From a candidate division FCPU426 bacterium (GTDB lineage Bacteria; Oederibacteriota; JAAXVQ01; JAUVAV01), in assembly GCA_040756875.1 (NCBI GenBank), contig JBFLYH010000001.1, positions 640,001-704,000 of the forward strand: 64,000 nucleotides of DNA, given 5' to 3'. The translations under genes were made by a program, and so were the position numbers. This document shows, piece by piece, positions 9,493-19,237 of this stretch; position 1 is the first letter of the stretch; the number at the start of each line of letters is the position of its first letter. The notes beneath the pieces are model-generated. The model saw nothing but the letters and a program-made list of their open reading frames with translations. It was not told the origin of the DNA and searched no databases.

Positions 9493-12400
9493 GTGAACGT
9501 GCTTGTGCACCAACATTCACCGGCGACGGTTGCGGGTTTATGGCTGCGGCGGGGCGTGTTCGTCCTCGTTTCCTTGTTTTGGCTGGGGAACGGCCTGACG
9601 GCACATGCGGAAATGCCGCCGGAGCAGCTTTTTCAATTTGGCCTGAACCTTTATCAGGGCGGCACGTATGCGCTCGCCCGGGCCCAATTTCATAAATTCC
9701 TGGAGCTGTATCCGCGTCATCCCCGCGCTGGCGACAGCCAATACTTGCTGGCCGAAAGCTGGTACCGCGGCGGAGAACTGGCGCGCGCCGAAAGCGCCTT
9801 TCGCCGGGTTTTGGAATTATATCCGCTCAGCCATTACCGGGCCGAGGCCCGCTATCGGTTGGGAAGGACCCTGCTGGATTTGGAGCGGTTCCCCGAAGCC
9901 GAACAGGAATTTTCGGTTTTTCTTAAAGAAACGCCACGGCACTATCTGGCTCCTGAAGCCTTGTACTGGATGGCGGAAGCGCGTTTTCACGAAACCAAGC
10001 TGTCCCAGGCCGCCGAGGATTTTGCCACGTTTGGCAAACGGTATCCGAACCATGCCCTGGCGCCCTATGCCTGGTACTCTTCAGGATGGTCCTATTACAA
10101 TCTGGCCAGGCAGGAAGCGGTCGGCAACACGACCCCCGGCTTTGGCGCGGAGCATTTCAAGCTCGCGGAACAGGCGTTCAATTCAGTACTCGATCTCTTT
10201 CCCGATTCCGCCCTGCGGCCGGAATCCCTTTACTATCGAGCGGAATCCCTCGTGGCGCTGGACCGTTATCAGGAAGCGCTTCCATTGTACCGTGAGCTGT
10301 CCAAGCAGTCTCCCGACCATCCGCTTGCGGTATATGCCGAGTACGGACAGGCAGTGACCCAGCTGCTGGCGGGCAAGGCCGAAGCGGCCGAAGCCATTTT
10401 AAACGTGCTTATCCCCCGGCTGAACCAGCATCCTTTGCAGCCTTTGGCGATTTTCCGTCTGGGAATGGCTCTGGCCAATCAAAACCGGCTGGACGAGGCG
10501 GTCAGACAGCTCCTGACCGTCAAACTGCGCTTCCAGAACAGCCCTGTGGTTCCGCGCGCCTTGTATACCGCCGCCTGGTGCCGGATGCAGCAGATGAAAT
10601 ACAACGAAGCCATCCATTATTTTCAGGAGTTGCTGGATCTTCCCGTTACGCCGGAATTGGCGGCACAGTCCCTGTTCCTGATGGGAAACGCTTTTTACAA
10701 GCTGGAACGGCTGGATTCAGCTTCGCAGGTTTATCAGGACGTGGCGGCGAATTACCCCCGGTCCTTGTGGGCGCCGCTGGCGGTTTTTTGGAACGGGTGG
10801 TGCGAACTGAAACTCGGGCGGCTGGAAGAGGCGCAAAAGGCATTTGAACGTTTTATAGCCGCTTATCCGGGCCACGAACTGGCGGCAGAAGCCAAGCTTC
10901 GCCTGGCGGATGTTTGGTATCAACGCGGGGAGGACGAGGCCTCCCGGGGCCTGTATGCCCAGGTCTTGAAGGAGTTTCCCCTGGGACGGGAAGCGGTTCT
11001 GGCCCAGTCGGGAATTGCCTGGACTTATTTTCGTTCCGGGCAATATGATCAAGCCGAACAATCTTTCAAGCAAATCGTGCTGCTTTATCCGGCTGGCCCC
11101 GCCCAGGCGGATGCACTGTTAAGGCTGGGAGACATTGCCTTTAACCGGAAGCAGTTCGAAGTGGCTGACGAGTATTATTCCCGGGTCGTCTCGCAATATC
11201 CGGGCAGTCCGGAATACGCCGAAGGCTTGTATCAAAGCGGCTGGTGTGCCTACCGGTTGGAGCATTTCGTCCGTGCCATCAACCGCTGGGAACGCCTCGC
11301 TTCCGAACGGAAAGAACACCCGCTGGCCGGTGAAGCCCGTTATTGGACGGCGTGGGCTCAATTTCGGCAGGGCCAATACACGGAAGCGCTCGCGACTTTT
11401 CGGAACATGCGGGCGCAGTATCCCAAAAGCCATTTGGCGGCCGACGCCCTGTTCCGCATGGGCACCTGTCATTACAACGCCAAGCAATATGCGGACGCCA
11501 TCGCGGACTACCAAAAATTCGTCGACGCCTATCCGCAGGACCCCCTGGTCCCCGATGCCTTGTATGGCATTCAGTGGTCCTACTATCAGCAGGGGAAAAT
11601 CCAGCAGGCGGTCGAAGCCTCCCGGAAATTTATCAAACAGTATCCCAACAGCCCCTTGTCCGCCGATGTGCAATACCGCATCGCCGAGCATTATTACCAC
11701 CAAGGCCAATATGACCGCGCCCGCCGGGAATTTCAGGATGTCATCGCCAAATACCCCAACAGCGCCTTGGTGGTCAACGCGCAATATTGGCTCGCCTGGT
11801 GCGACTTCAAGGAACGCCAATATACCGCGGCGATGCAGAATTTCCGGAAGGTGGCGGAAGAGCACTCCGGGCACGAGCTGGCGCCCCACGCGCGTTTTTG
11901 GATGGGAAGCTGCTATTATAAACTGCAGGAGTACGATCAGGCGATTCACGTCTACGATCAGTTCATTTCGGATTTTCCTGAACATAAGCTGGCCGCGGAC
12001 GCCCGCTTCAACAAAGCCCTGGCCTACAAACGCCTGGGTTTGGATGTGGAGGCCCGGGAGGCTTACGCGGACGTCATGGAGCATTATCCGCAGACGGATA
12101 TGGCGTTCAAGGCGCAGATGCATATCGGATACATGCTGCAGGACAGCCATCAGGATGCCCAGGCGCTTGAGGTCTACCGCCAGATCGTCGCCAATGCGCC
12201 GCCGTCCTTTGCCGCGGAAGCCCAGTTTTGGATCGGCGATTTGCTGGAGACTAAAAAGGATCTGGACGCAGCTTTGCCTGAATACTACAAAGTGGCGGAC
12301 CGCTACGCCTCTGTGCAGCGCTGGTCGGTGACCGCCCTGGCACGCGCCGCGGAAATCCAGGAACGCACCGGCCGCTTCGAAGCGGCGATCAGCACCTATC

Positions 12401-12555
12401 AGCGCATTACGCGCATGAGCCAAGACTCGCGCTGGAAAAAATCCGCCCGCGCACGGATCAAGCTGATCCGGGAAAAACTGCAGACCCTGAACACGCCGCC
12501 GGCTCCGGTCCCCGATGCGGCCAAGGAACCGGAAAACAGGCAGGCCCAACCATGA
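9493..12555 (+). CDS. Large exported TPR-repeat protein (CpoB/BamD-like YP.S..A..A repeats)
   Basis: Signal-peptide-like N-terminus ending AHA; numerous paired-helix repeats with YP/HP turns over ~1000 aa; exact start uncertain. Confidence 0.85.
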   Translation: MNVLVHQHSPATVAGLWLRRGVFVLVSLFWLGNGLTAHAEMPPEQLFQFGLNLYQGGTYALARAQFHKFLELYPRHPRAGDSQYLLAESWYRGGELARAESAFRRVLELYPLSHYRAEARYRLGRTLLDLERFPEAEQEFSVFLKETPRHYLAPEALYWMAEARFHETKLSQAAEDFATFGKRYPNHALAPYAWYSSGWSYYNLARQEAVGNTTPGFGAEHFKLAEQAFNSVLDLFPDSALRPESLYYRAESLVALDRYQEALPLYRELSKQSPDHPLAVYAEYGQAVTQLLAGKAEAAEAILNVLIPRLNQHPLQPLAIFRLGMALANQNRLDEAVRQLLTVKLRFQNSPVVPRALYTAAWCRMQQMKYNEAIHYFQELLDLPVTPELAAQSLFLMGNAFYKLERLDSASQVYQDVAANYPRSLWAPLAVFWNGWCELKLGRLEEAQKAFERFIAAYPGHELAAEAKLRLADVWYQRGEDEASRGLYAQVLKEFPLGREAVLAQSGIAWTYFRSGQYDQAEQSFKQIVLLYPAGPAQADALLRLGDIAFNRKQFEVADEYYSRVVSQYPGSPEYAEGLYQSGWCAYRLEHFVRAINRWERLASERKEHPLAGEARYWTAWAQFRQGQYTEALATFRNMRAQYPKSHLAADALFRMGTCHYNAKQYADAIADYQKFVDAYPQDPLVPDALYGIQWSYYQQGKIQQAVEASRKFIKQYPNSPLSADVQYRIAEHYYHQGQYDRARREFQDVIAKYPNSALVVNAQYWLAWCDFKERQYTAAMQNFRKVAEEHSGHELAPHARFWMGSCYYKLQEYDQAIHVYDQFISDFPEHKLAADARFNKALAYKRLGLDVEAREAYADVMEHYPQTDMAFKAQMHIGYMLQDSHQDAQALEVYRQIVANAPPSFAAEAQFWIGDLLETKKDLDAALPEYYKVADRYASVQRWSVTALARAAEIQERTGRFEAAISTYQRITRMSQDSRWKKSARARIKLIREKLQTLNTPPAPVPDAAKEPENRQAQP

Positions 12556-14306
12556 CTCCGATCCGCCTGACATTTGCCTCTTTTGTGACATCCGTCGCGA
12601 TGACGGCGACGGCGTTCATGTCCATCGCCCCTGCCGTTGCCTTGGCGGTGGAACGGAGCGAAGACCTGTCCGGCGAAGCGGAAGTCACCCAGCCTTCGCT
12701 GGCTACACCTGAAAGCGCTGAGCCGGACCGAGGGCTGGCCGGCGCGGCCAAAGAGCGTCCGGTTTTGAAGTTGCCCGAAGTGGTGGTTAAAGGTGACCGG
12801 CAGTACCGCGTCAGCGCGGAACGCCGCGACCTGCTGCTGATGGATCCCATGTGGGGGATCAAGGAGATTCCGGCGGACATGGCCCAAGTGGCAGTGCCCG
12901 GCCTAAAGGAACAGAAAGCCGCTCCGCAGGGTGACACCTTGAACGCCCGGCCGTACGTTTTGACCGTGGAAGGCGGCGCCGGCAGCAGCCGCCTGGGACT
13001 CGGGCGCCTGGTGGCTGGCTGGGAAAACCGTTCCTTTCACGCCGGCATCCGCGCCGAGTACGAAGCCGGGGAATACCCCGAGGCTTTCGGCGTGACGCCG
13101 TTCGACCAGGCAGCCGAAGCGGTGGTGGATATAGGCGGGTCTCCGCTGGCCGGGTGGGAAATGACCGGAGAAGCGACTGGACGCGGCGGCAGCCATCGCC
13201 AGCCGGCCGGGGGATGGGGCGAGTGGCTGGAAAAGGGCCTGGGCCAGGTTCGCCTGGGGAACGAGTTCAGGCTTACGCCGCATACGCAATTATCCGCGGC
13301 CGCGGGTTGGAGCGCAGGGGTTGAGCAGGGGATCGACGGCCAAGCGGGTTGGTTGCAAGCCCGCCTATTGGAGGTCCAAACGGGTTTTGAACAGGATATC
13401 ACCGGCCTTACGGTCAGCGACCTTAATCTGGCCTTCCAGTACCGCTTGTGGCGGCAAAGTACATCCGTGCACGCCGCCGGCCGGGAACCGGTGATCGATG
13501 AAACGCGGCATCAAGCAGTAGCCCGCTTGCGTGTGCGCCCGGTTTCGGCATTGCTTCTGGACGGAGGCGTCCGTTGGGACGAATACAACGGGCCGGTTCC
13601 GCGCAACGCGGCCAATGTGGTGGGGCAGCTGTCCATTATGCTTCCGATCGGAAGCGTGCTTTACGGGAGCGTGGACGCCGGCTTGGAGTGGCAGCCGGCT
13701 TCGGAATGGATATTTGCGCATCCCCGGCCTGCGGTTTTTTGGAACCCGGAAGCCGAAAAAGTGCTGGGGCATTACCGTTTGGGCTGGCGGCAGCGCTGGA
13801 GCGAGCAGGTTTCTATGGATGTGGTCGGATTCCGCCGGGAGGCGGAATGGACGCCGGTGTGGATGGATGAAAACCATGACGGCCTGTTCACCCTGACTAC
13901 GCTCCCGCGGACGCTGGTGACCGGGGGGACTGTGGCAGTGGAAGCCCGCTACACCGCCCAGCTGACCCAGGGTTTTTCATATACCTACCGCCAGAGCGAA
14001 GCCAGCGGCCGTTCCTATCCTTACCTGCCGCGGCATGAAGCTTCGACCGAAGTGCGCTGGAGCACCGGAGAATTCAGCCTGGAACTAAGATACCGCTACC
14101 TGGGCGCGCGCGCCTCGCTTCCTGAAACAGAGGACAACGCCTTGTCGCCGGCCCAGCTGTTGGAAAGCCGGGCTGATTTCAACCTTCTGCGGAACTTGGA
14201 TGGTTTTGTTGACCTTCGCAACCTGCTGAATTATGCTTGGGAGGAATGGCAGGGGTATCCGAGCCGCGGATTCAGCTTCCTGGCAGGATTGAGATTGCAT
14301 TATTAG
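12552..14306 (+). CDS. Outer-membrane beta-barrel protein, TonB-dependent-receptor-like
   Basis: Signal peptide, TonB-box-like LPEVVVKG, amphipathic strands, NLLN...GYP.RG motif, C-terminal LAGLRLHY; adjacent exbBD-tonB. Confidence 0.75.
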   Translation: MTPIRLTFASFVTSVAMTATAFMSIAPAVALAVERSEDLSGEAEVTQPSLATPESAEPDRGLAGAAKERPVLKLPEVVVKGDRQYRVSAERRDLLLMDPMWGIKEIPADMAQVAVPGLKEQKAAPQGDTLNARPYVLTVEGGAGSSRLGLGRLVAGWENRSFHAGIRAEYEAGEYPEAFGVTPFDQAAEAVVDIGGSPLAGWEMTGEATGRGGSHRQPAGGWGEWLEKGLGQVRLGNEFRLTPHTQLSAAAGWSAGVEQGIDGQAGWLQARLLEVQTGFEQDITGLTVSDLNLAFQYRLWRQSTSVHAAGREPVIDETRHQAVARLRVRPVSALLLDGGVRWDEYNGPVPRNAANVVGQLSIMLPIGSVLYGSVDAGLEWQPASEWIFAHPRPAVFWNPEAEKVLGHYRLGWRQRWSEQVSMDVVGFRREAEWTPVWMDENHDGLFTLTTLPRTLVTGGTVAVEARYTAQLTQGFSYTYRQSEASGRSYPYLPRHEASTEVRWSTGEFSLELRYRYLGARASLPETEDNALSPAQLLESRADFNLLRNLDGFVDLRNLLNYAWEEWQGYPSRGFSFLAGLRLHY

Positions 14307-14383
14307 CAGGGTGCTGAAAAATTTATATATTTTCTGCTAGCACCCTGTTACCCTATGAAAAATCTCTGATTTTTCATAGGGTA
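14304..14383. repeat. Two adjacent inverted repeats (hairpin pair)
   Basis: CAGGGTGCT (14307-15) / AGCACCCTG (14339-47); perfect 16-bp TACCCTATGAAAAATC-tct-GATTTTTCATAGGGTA (14349-14383). Confidence 0.8.
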
Positions 14384-14480
14384 TTCCATGCAACGCAATC
14401 GACTATAGTCATCAGCTTTAAAACCCGGAATTCCCGGCTGTACGGCGCGGGAACCGCACCCCCCAGAGGAGGAAAGCATT

Positions 14481-15161
14481 ATGTTCGAAAATTTGACCTT
14501 TTGGCAGCTGCTGGCCAAGGGCGGCTGGACCATGATCGTGTTGCTGGCCTTTTCGCTCATTGCCTGGTACATCATCCTGGAGCGGGCCATCCGGTTTAAA
14601 ATGGCCAAAATCGACGTGGAACGGTTTCTTCTGAAAATCAAGAAACTGGTGCTGAGCGGGAAACACGTGGAAGCCGGCGATTTGTGCCAGGAGACTCCGG
14701 GCCCCGTGGCCGCGGCGCTTAAAGCGGGTTTGCGGCATTTTCACCGCGGGCCGGTGTCCGTGCGCGAAGCCATGGAGAGGACCAGCGCCCTCGAACTGAT
14801 CCGCCTGGAGCATTTATTGTCGACCCTGGCCACCATCGGATCGGTTTCGCCGTTCGTCGGCTTGTTCGGCACCGTGCTGGGCATCATCAACGCCTTTTCG
14901 GCTTTGGCCGGGTCCTCGGCCGCCGGCGCCTCGGTGGTCGCCAATGGGATCGCCGAAGCCCTGGTGGCGACCGCTGCCGGCTTGTTTACCGCGGTTCCGG
15001 CGGTCATCGGGTACAATTATTTCGTGCGCCAGGTGACCCGTTATGACACGGAAATGAATACCGCCTCCTCGGACCTCCTGGACACCCTGTTTGGGACCCC
15101 GGAAACGCAAAACACGGCAGCAGCCCGTGCGGCCGCTCCGGGAAGGAAGGTGGAGGCATGA
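14481..15161 (+). CDS. exbB: ExbB/TolQ family proton channel protein
   Basis: GGWTM, LATIGSVSPFVGLFGTVLGII.AF, GIAEALVATAAGL..AVPA...YN. Confidence 0.9.
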   Translation: MFENLTFWQLLAKGGWTMIVLLAFSLIAWYIILERAIRFKMAKIDVERFLLKIKKLVLSGKHVEAGDLCQETPGPVAAALKAGLRHFHRGPVSVREAMERTSALELIRLEHLLSTLATIGSVSPFVGLFGTVLGIINAFSALAGSSAAGASVVANGIAEALVATAAGLFTAVPAVIGYNYFVRQVTRYDTEMNTASSDLLDTLFGTPETQNTAAARAAAPGRKVEA

Positions 15162-15601
15162 AACGCCCCGGCTCCCGCAACCGGGTGATGAGCGAGATCA
15201 ACATCACGCCGCTGACGGATGTGATGATGGTCCTGCTGGTCATCTTCATGGTCACCACGCCGTTGATCATGAAGGCCAGCATCGACATCAACCTGCCCCA
15301 GGCGCATGCCAAGCAGGATGCGCCGGTTGAGCGCCTGCAGATCATGCTGACCCAGGACGGCAAAATCTACCTGGAACGCGAACCCCTGTCCCTGGGTGAA
15401 CTGGGTGCGAAACTCCAGTCCTATTTTCAGAAGGCCGGCGCCGGCGAGACCAGCGTCACCGTGGCGGCGGACAAGCTCGTTCCTTACGGCGACGCTGTGA
15501 GAGTCCTGGATATAGCCCGGCAGGCAGGCGCCCAGAAGCTGGTGTTGGCTGCCGACCCCCTGCCGGTCAAACCTTTGTCCGAGGAGATTTGGTCCAAGTG
15601 A
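15158..15601 (+). CDS. exbD: ExbD/TolR family protein
   Basis: EINITPLTDVMMVLLVIFMVTTP signature; ADKLVPYG. Confidence 0.92.
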   Translation: MKRPGSRNRVMSEINITPLTDVMMVLLVIFMVTTPLIMKASIDINLPQAHAKQDAPVERLQIMLTQDGKIYLEREPLSLGELGAKLQSYFQKAGAGETSVTVAADKLVPYGDAVRVLDIARQAGAQKLVLAADPLPVKPLSEEIWSK

Positions 15602-16287
15602 CTATTGACCGCACGTCCGGCATTTCCCTGGCTGCTACCGGCCTGCTGCACGCGGGTCTGGTGGCGATTCTGGGCGTGATCCACCTGTCCTTCACCACGC
15701 CGGCCGAGGTGCCCATGCTCATCGAAGTGACCCTGAGCGGCACCAGCGCTCCACGGTCGCAGACCGAAGGCGTCAAGGCCGAAGGCGAGGTTATCGCACC
15801 CCGCGCCGAGGAGGAGACGCCGGGCCTCACGGCCGAACAGCTCAAAGCGTGGCAGGAACAGCGGCGGCTGGAAATCAGCCGCGAACTAGCCAGGGATAAA
15901 ACCGGCGCCAATATCGGCGAATCCGCGCAACAGCTGAGAAAAGCCAGCGACGGGCTGGCCGCCGGCCGGGGAGCCGGGGAATCCGGCCAACCGGGATCGC
16001 CCAAAGGGACCTTGAGCCTCAGCGGGGATATCGCCACCCGGGGGTACCGTGAGCCGGATTTCAGCGTCTTGAAAGGCATGATTACCGAAGAAACCCGCCT
16101 CCGCCTGTTGCTGGTGGTGCTGCCCGAAGGGGAAGTGAAAAAAGCCCTGTTGCTGGAAACGTCCGGCTATCCTTTTGTGGATCAAAAGGCGATTGAACTG
16201 GCGCGCAAAATCGTGTTCGATCCTCTGCCGTTGGAATGGAAACAGGTCGAACAGCAGGGCGTTCTGACCGTCAAGCTCAAGCTGTAA
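15598..16287 (+). CDS. TonB family energy transducer
   Basis: N-terminal TM with LLH motif, linker, C-terminal G.V.....TSG....DQ.A TonB_C-like domain; GTG overlaps exbD stop. Confidence 0.75.
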   Translation: MTIDRTSGISLAATGLLHAGLVAILGVIHLSFTTPAEVPMLIEVTLSGTSAPRSQTEGVKAEGEVIAPRAEEETPGLTAEQLKAWQEQRRLEISRELARDKTGANIGESAQQLRKASDGLAAGRGAGESGQPGSPKGTLSLSGDIATRGYREPDFSVLKGMITEETRLRLLLVVLPEGEVKKALLLETSGYPFVDQKAIELARKIVFDPLPLEWKQVEQQGVLTVKLKL

Positions 16288-19212
16288 ATGCCCCTGGCGC
16301 CCCGTTCCGATCCGACCGAACCCATCCTTGCGGGGCTCAATCCCGCCCAGCGCGAAGCGGTTATGCACGGCACCGGGCCCCAGCTGGTCGTAGCCGGGGC
16401 CGGCACCGGAAAAACCGCCGTCATCACCCGGCGTATAGCCAGGCTGGTAGCTGACAAGCAATGCACCCCTCGGGAGATCCTGGCCCTGACCTTCACCGAA
16501 AAAGCCGCGGAAGAGATGGAAAGCCGGGTTGATTTGCTGGTCCCCTATGGATTTACCGACAGCACGATCTGCACTTTTCATGCTTTCGGCGACCGTGTTC
16601 TGCGCGAAAAGGGGTTGTTGCTGGGCTTGAACCCCGCTTATACCATTCTCTCTGCCGCGGAACAGCTGGTTTTCCTCAGGCAGCATCTGTTTGAATTCCC
16701 CTTGCAAGCCTTGCGCCCCCTCTCGGATCCCACCCGCCATTTGCAGCTCCTGGCCGGCATAATCTCCCGCGCCCAGGACGAAGATGTCGACCCCGAAGCG
16801 TATCTGGCCTTTTGTCAGGCCCGACTGGATCAGTCTTCATCCGGAGACCCGGCTGACAAGGCGGCCTGGTCGAAACAGGCGGAAGTCGCCCGGGTGTACC
16901 AGCTTTATCAGCAGCGCCTGCTGGAGCAGGGGTTGCTGGATTTCGGCAGCCTGATCCGGCTGACGCTGGAACTCTTCCGGCGCCATCCGGACGCGTTGGC
17001 TGATTATAAGCAGAGGTACCGATATATTTTAGTGGATGAATTTCAGGACACGAACGCCGCGCAATTCGAATTGGTTCAACTGCTGGCCGGCGCGAACGGC
17101 AATTTGACCGTGGTGGGGGACGACGACCAAAGCATCTACAAATTCAGGGGCGCGGCCATTTCCAACATCCTGCAATTCACCCGGCATTACCCGCAGGCGC
17201 GCCTGACCGTTTTGACCGAAAACTACCGCTCCACCCAGACCATTCTGGATGCCGCTTACCGCCTGATTCAGCACAACAACCCGGAACGCCTGGAAACCCG
17301 CCAGGGGATCAGTAAAAAATTGAAATCAGTCCGGGAAGCCGGCCAACCCGTGCGTTTTGAAGGCTTTGCGACGGTTTCGGACGAAGCAGACTGGGTGGCA
17401 GGGGAAATCCGGCGGCAAAAGGACGCTTTGGGGCGCCCCTGGTCGGATTTTGCCGTGTTGGTCAGAACCAACCGCCAGGCCGACCCATTCCTGCGCGCCT
17501 GCAATGTAAAGGAAATCCCGGTGCGGTTCTCGGGCGCCCGGGGATTTTACCGCCGGCCCGAGATCCGTTTGTGCACTGCGTTTTTGCGCACGCTCGCCGA
17601 TCCCTCGGCCCCGCTGCCCATGTACGAACTCTGCGCCTCCGAGGTCTATGAACTGCCGGCCGAGGATTTGGCCGGCCTGGCTGCGCACAGCCGGCGCCAG
17701 CACCTGCCCCTGCGGAATGCCATGCGGCTGGCCCTGGCCGGACAAATCCCCCTGGAACTGTCGCCGGCAGGGCGTGAAGCCGTTGAACGCCTCCTGAGGG
17801 ACCTGACAACCTATCTGGAAATGTCCAGGCGATCATCTGCCGGGCAGGTGCTATATCATTTTTTAAACGCCGCCGGGTTGCTGGCAAAATATACGGCTGC
17901 CAATACCTTGGCTGCCGACGGAATCATTCGGAACTGGGCCAAATTGTTCAAGCTGATTCAACGCTTCCAGGAAATCTCGCGCCAGGAGCGCATTCTGCCG
18001 CTGGTTGAGCAACTGGACCTTCTGGATGAAGTGGCGGACGAGGCGGGAAGCGAGGAGATGGAAGCCGAAGCGGATGCTGTCCGGGTTTTAACCGTGCACC
18101 GGGCGAAAGGCCTGGAATTCCCCGTAGTTTTCCTGGCCGGCATGGCGGCAAACCGTTTCCCGGCGGTCAACCGCCAGGCCGCTCTTTCGTTTCCGCCGGA
18201 ATTGGCCAAGGAGGAGCCTCCACCGGACGATCAGACCCTGGCTGAGGAGAGGCGTTTGTGCTATGTAGCCATTACCAGGGCAGCGGAAACCCTGTATTTG
18301 ACCGCAGCCAATGATTACGGAGGAAGCCGGCGGTACAAAGTTTCACGCTTTGTCATGGAAGCGCTGGATATGCCGGAAATGATTGAAAAACAGACCCAAA
18401 CCTCGGCCATGGAGCAAATCCGACGGGCCCAGGACCCTATGGGCACTGAACCCGTGCCATTGACGCTTGAAAACCGGGCTTTATCGCTGTCTTTTTATCA
18501 GGTGGATGATTACCTGACTTGCCCGCTAAAATACAAGTACATTCACCTGCTGGAAATTCCGGTTTTGCCCCAGCATGCCGTGGTTTACGGCAAAGCGCTG
18601 CATACTGCGGTTACTGCCTATCATCGCGCCCAACTGGAAGGCGTGGAATTAGGTGAAAAGGAACTGGTAGACATCTTCATGGGAGCCTGGGTGAACGCGG
18701 GTTTTATATCCAGGGAACATGAAGAAATGCGGCAAAAAGCCGGAATCAATGCCATAAAGTTATTTATTAATAATACCAATATAAATCTATCTAAGCCAAT
18801 ATATATTGAAAAGTCATTCTCGTATAACATTAACGATATTAAAATTATCGGACGCATGGATAGGGTGGATCTCCTTGCACCTGGAAAAGCGCGCATCATC
18901 GATTATAAAAGTTCGGAAACCAGCGAACAGGAAGACGCGGACAAAAAGGCCAAGGAAAGCCTGCAGTTGAAAATATATGCGCAAGCTTGGTATCATGAAC
19001 AGGGCTATTGGCCGGAATCGGTCCATTTGCATTTTTTAGACAGTGGATTAACAGGTTCCTGGGTCGTGGATCCGGCGAAAGTGGAAAAGGATACCGCGGT
19101 CATTCTGGCTGTCGCCCAGGGGATCCGGGAAAAAAAGTTTCGGGCAACTCCTTCGGTCTGGGTATGCAATTACTGCCCATACCGGGCAATTTGTCCTGAA
19201 GCGATAAAATGA
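16288..19212 (+). CDS. UvrD/PcrA-type SF1 helicase fused to C-terminal PD-(D/E)xK nuclease (AdnAB/AddA-like)
   Basis: LNPAQ, AGAGTGKT, VDEFQDT, VGDDDQSIYKFRGA, NYRS, TVHRAKGLEF, EERRLCYVAITRA; nuclease GRMDRVD..IIDYK; Cys in TCPLKY and CNYCPYRAIC. Confidence 0.92.
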   Translation: MPLAPRSDPTEPILAGLNPAQREAVMHGTGPQLVVAGAGTGKTAVITRRIARLVADKQCTPREILALTFTEKAAEEMESRVDLLVPYGFTDSTICTFHAFGDRVLREKGLLLGLNPAYTILSAAEQLVFLRQHLFEFPLQALRPLSDPTRHLQLLAGIISRAQDEDVDPEAYLAFCQARLDQSSSGDPADKAAWSKQAEVARVYQLYQQRLLEQGLLDFGSLIRLTLELFRRHPDALADYKQRYRYILVDEFQDTNAAQFELVQLLAGANGNLTVVGDDDQSIYKFRGAAISNILQFTRHYPQARLTVLTENYRSTQTILDAAYRLIQHNNPERLETRQGISKKLKSVREAGQPVRFEGFATVSDEADWVAGEIRRQKDALGRPWSDFAVLVRTNRQADPFLRACNVKEIPVRFSGARGFYRRPEIRLCTAFLRTLADPSAPLPMYELCASEVYELPAEDLAGLAAHSRRQHLPLRNAMRLALAGQIPLELSPAGREAVERLLRDLTTYLEMSRRSSAGQVLYHFLNAAGLLAKYTAANTLAADGIIRNWAKLFKLIQRFQEISRQERILPLVEQLDLLDEVADEAGSEEMEAEADAVRVLTVHRAKGLEFPVVFLAGMAANRFPAVNRQAALSFPPELAKEEPPPDDQTLAEERRLCYVAITRAAETLYLTAANDYGGSRRYKVSRFVMEALDMPEMIEKQTQTSAMEQIRRAQDPMGTEPVPLTLENRALSLSFYQVDDYLTCPLKYKYIHLLEIPVLPQHAVVYGKALHTAVTAYHRAQLEGVELGEKELVDIFMGAWVNAGFISREHEEMRQKAGINAIKLFINNTNINLSKPIYIEKSFSYNINDIKIIGRMDRVDLLAPGKARIIDYKSSETSEQEDADKKAKESLQLKIYAQAWYHEQGYWPESVHLHFLDSGLTGSWVVDPAKVEKDTAVILAVAQGIREKKFRATPSVWVCNYCPYRAICPEAIK

Positions 19213-19237
19213 AATTCTTGAATAAAGCGAAAACTTT

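Noticed and set aside
9493-12555. CRISPR array or DNA tandem repeat
   Set aside because: Periodicity is at the protein level (degenerate TPR units); no identical repeat-spacer structure was seen anywhere in the window.
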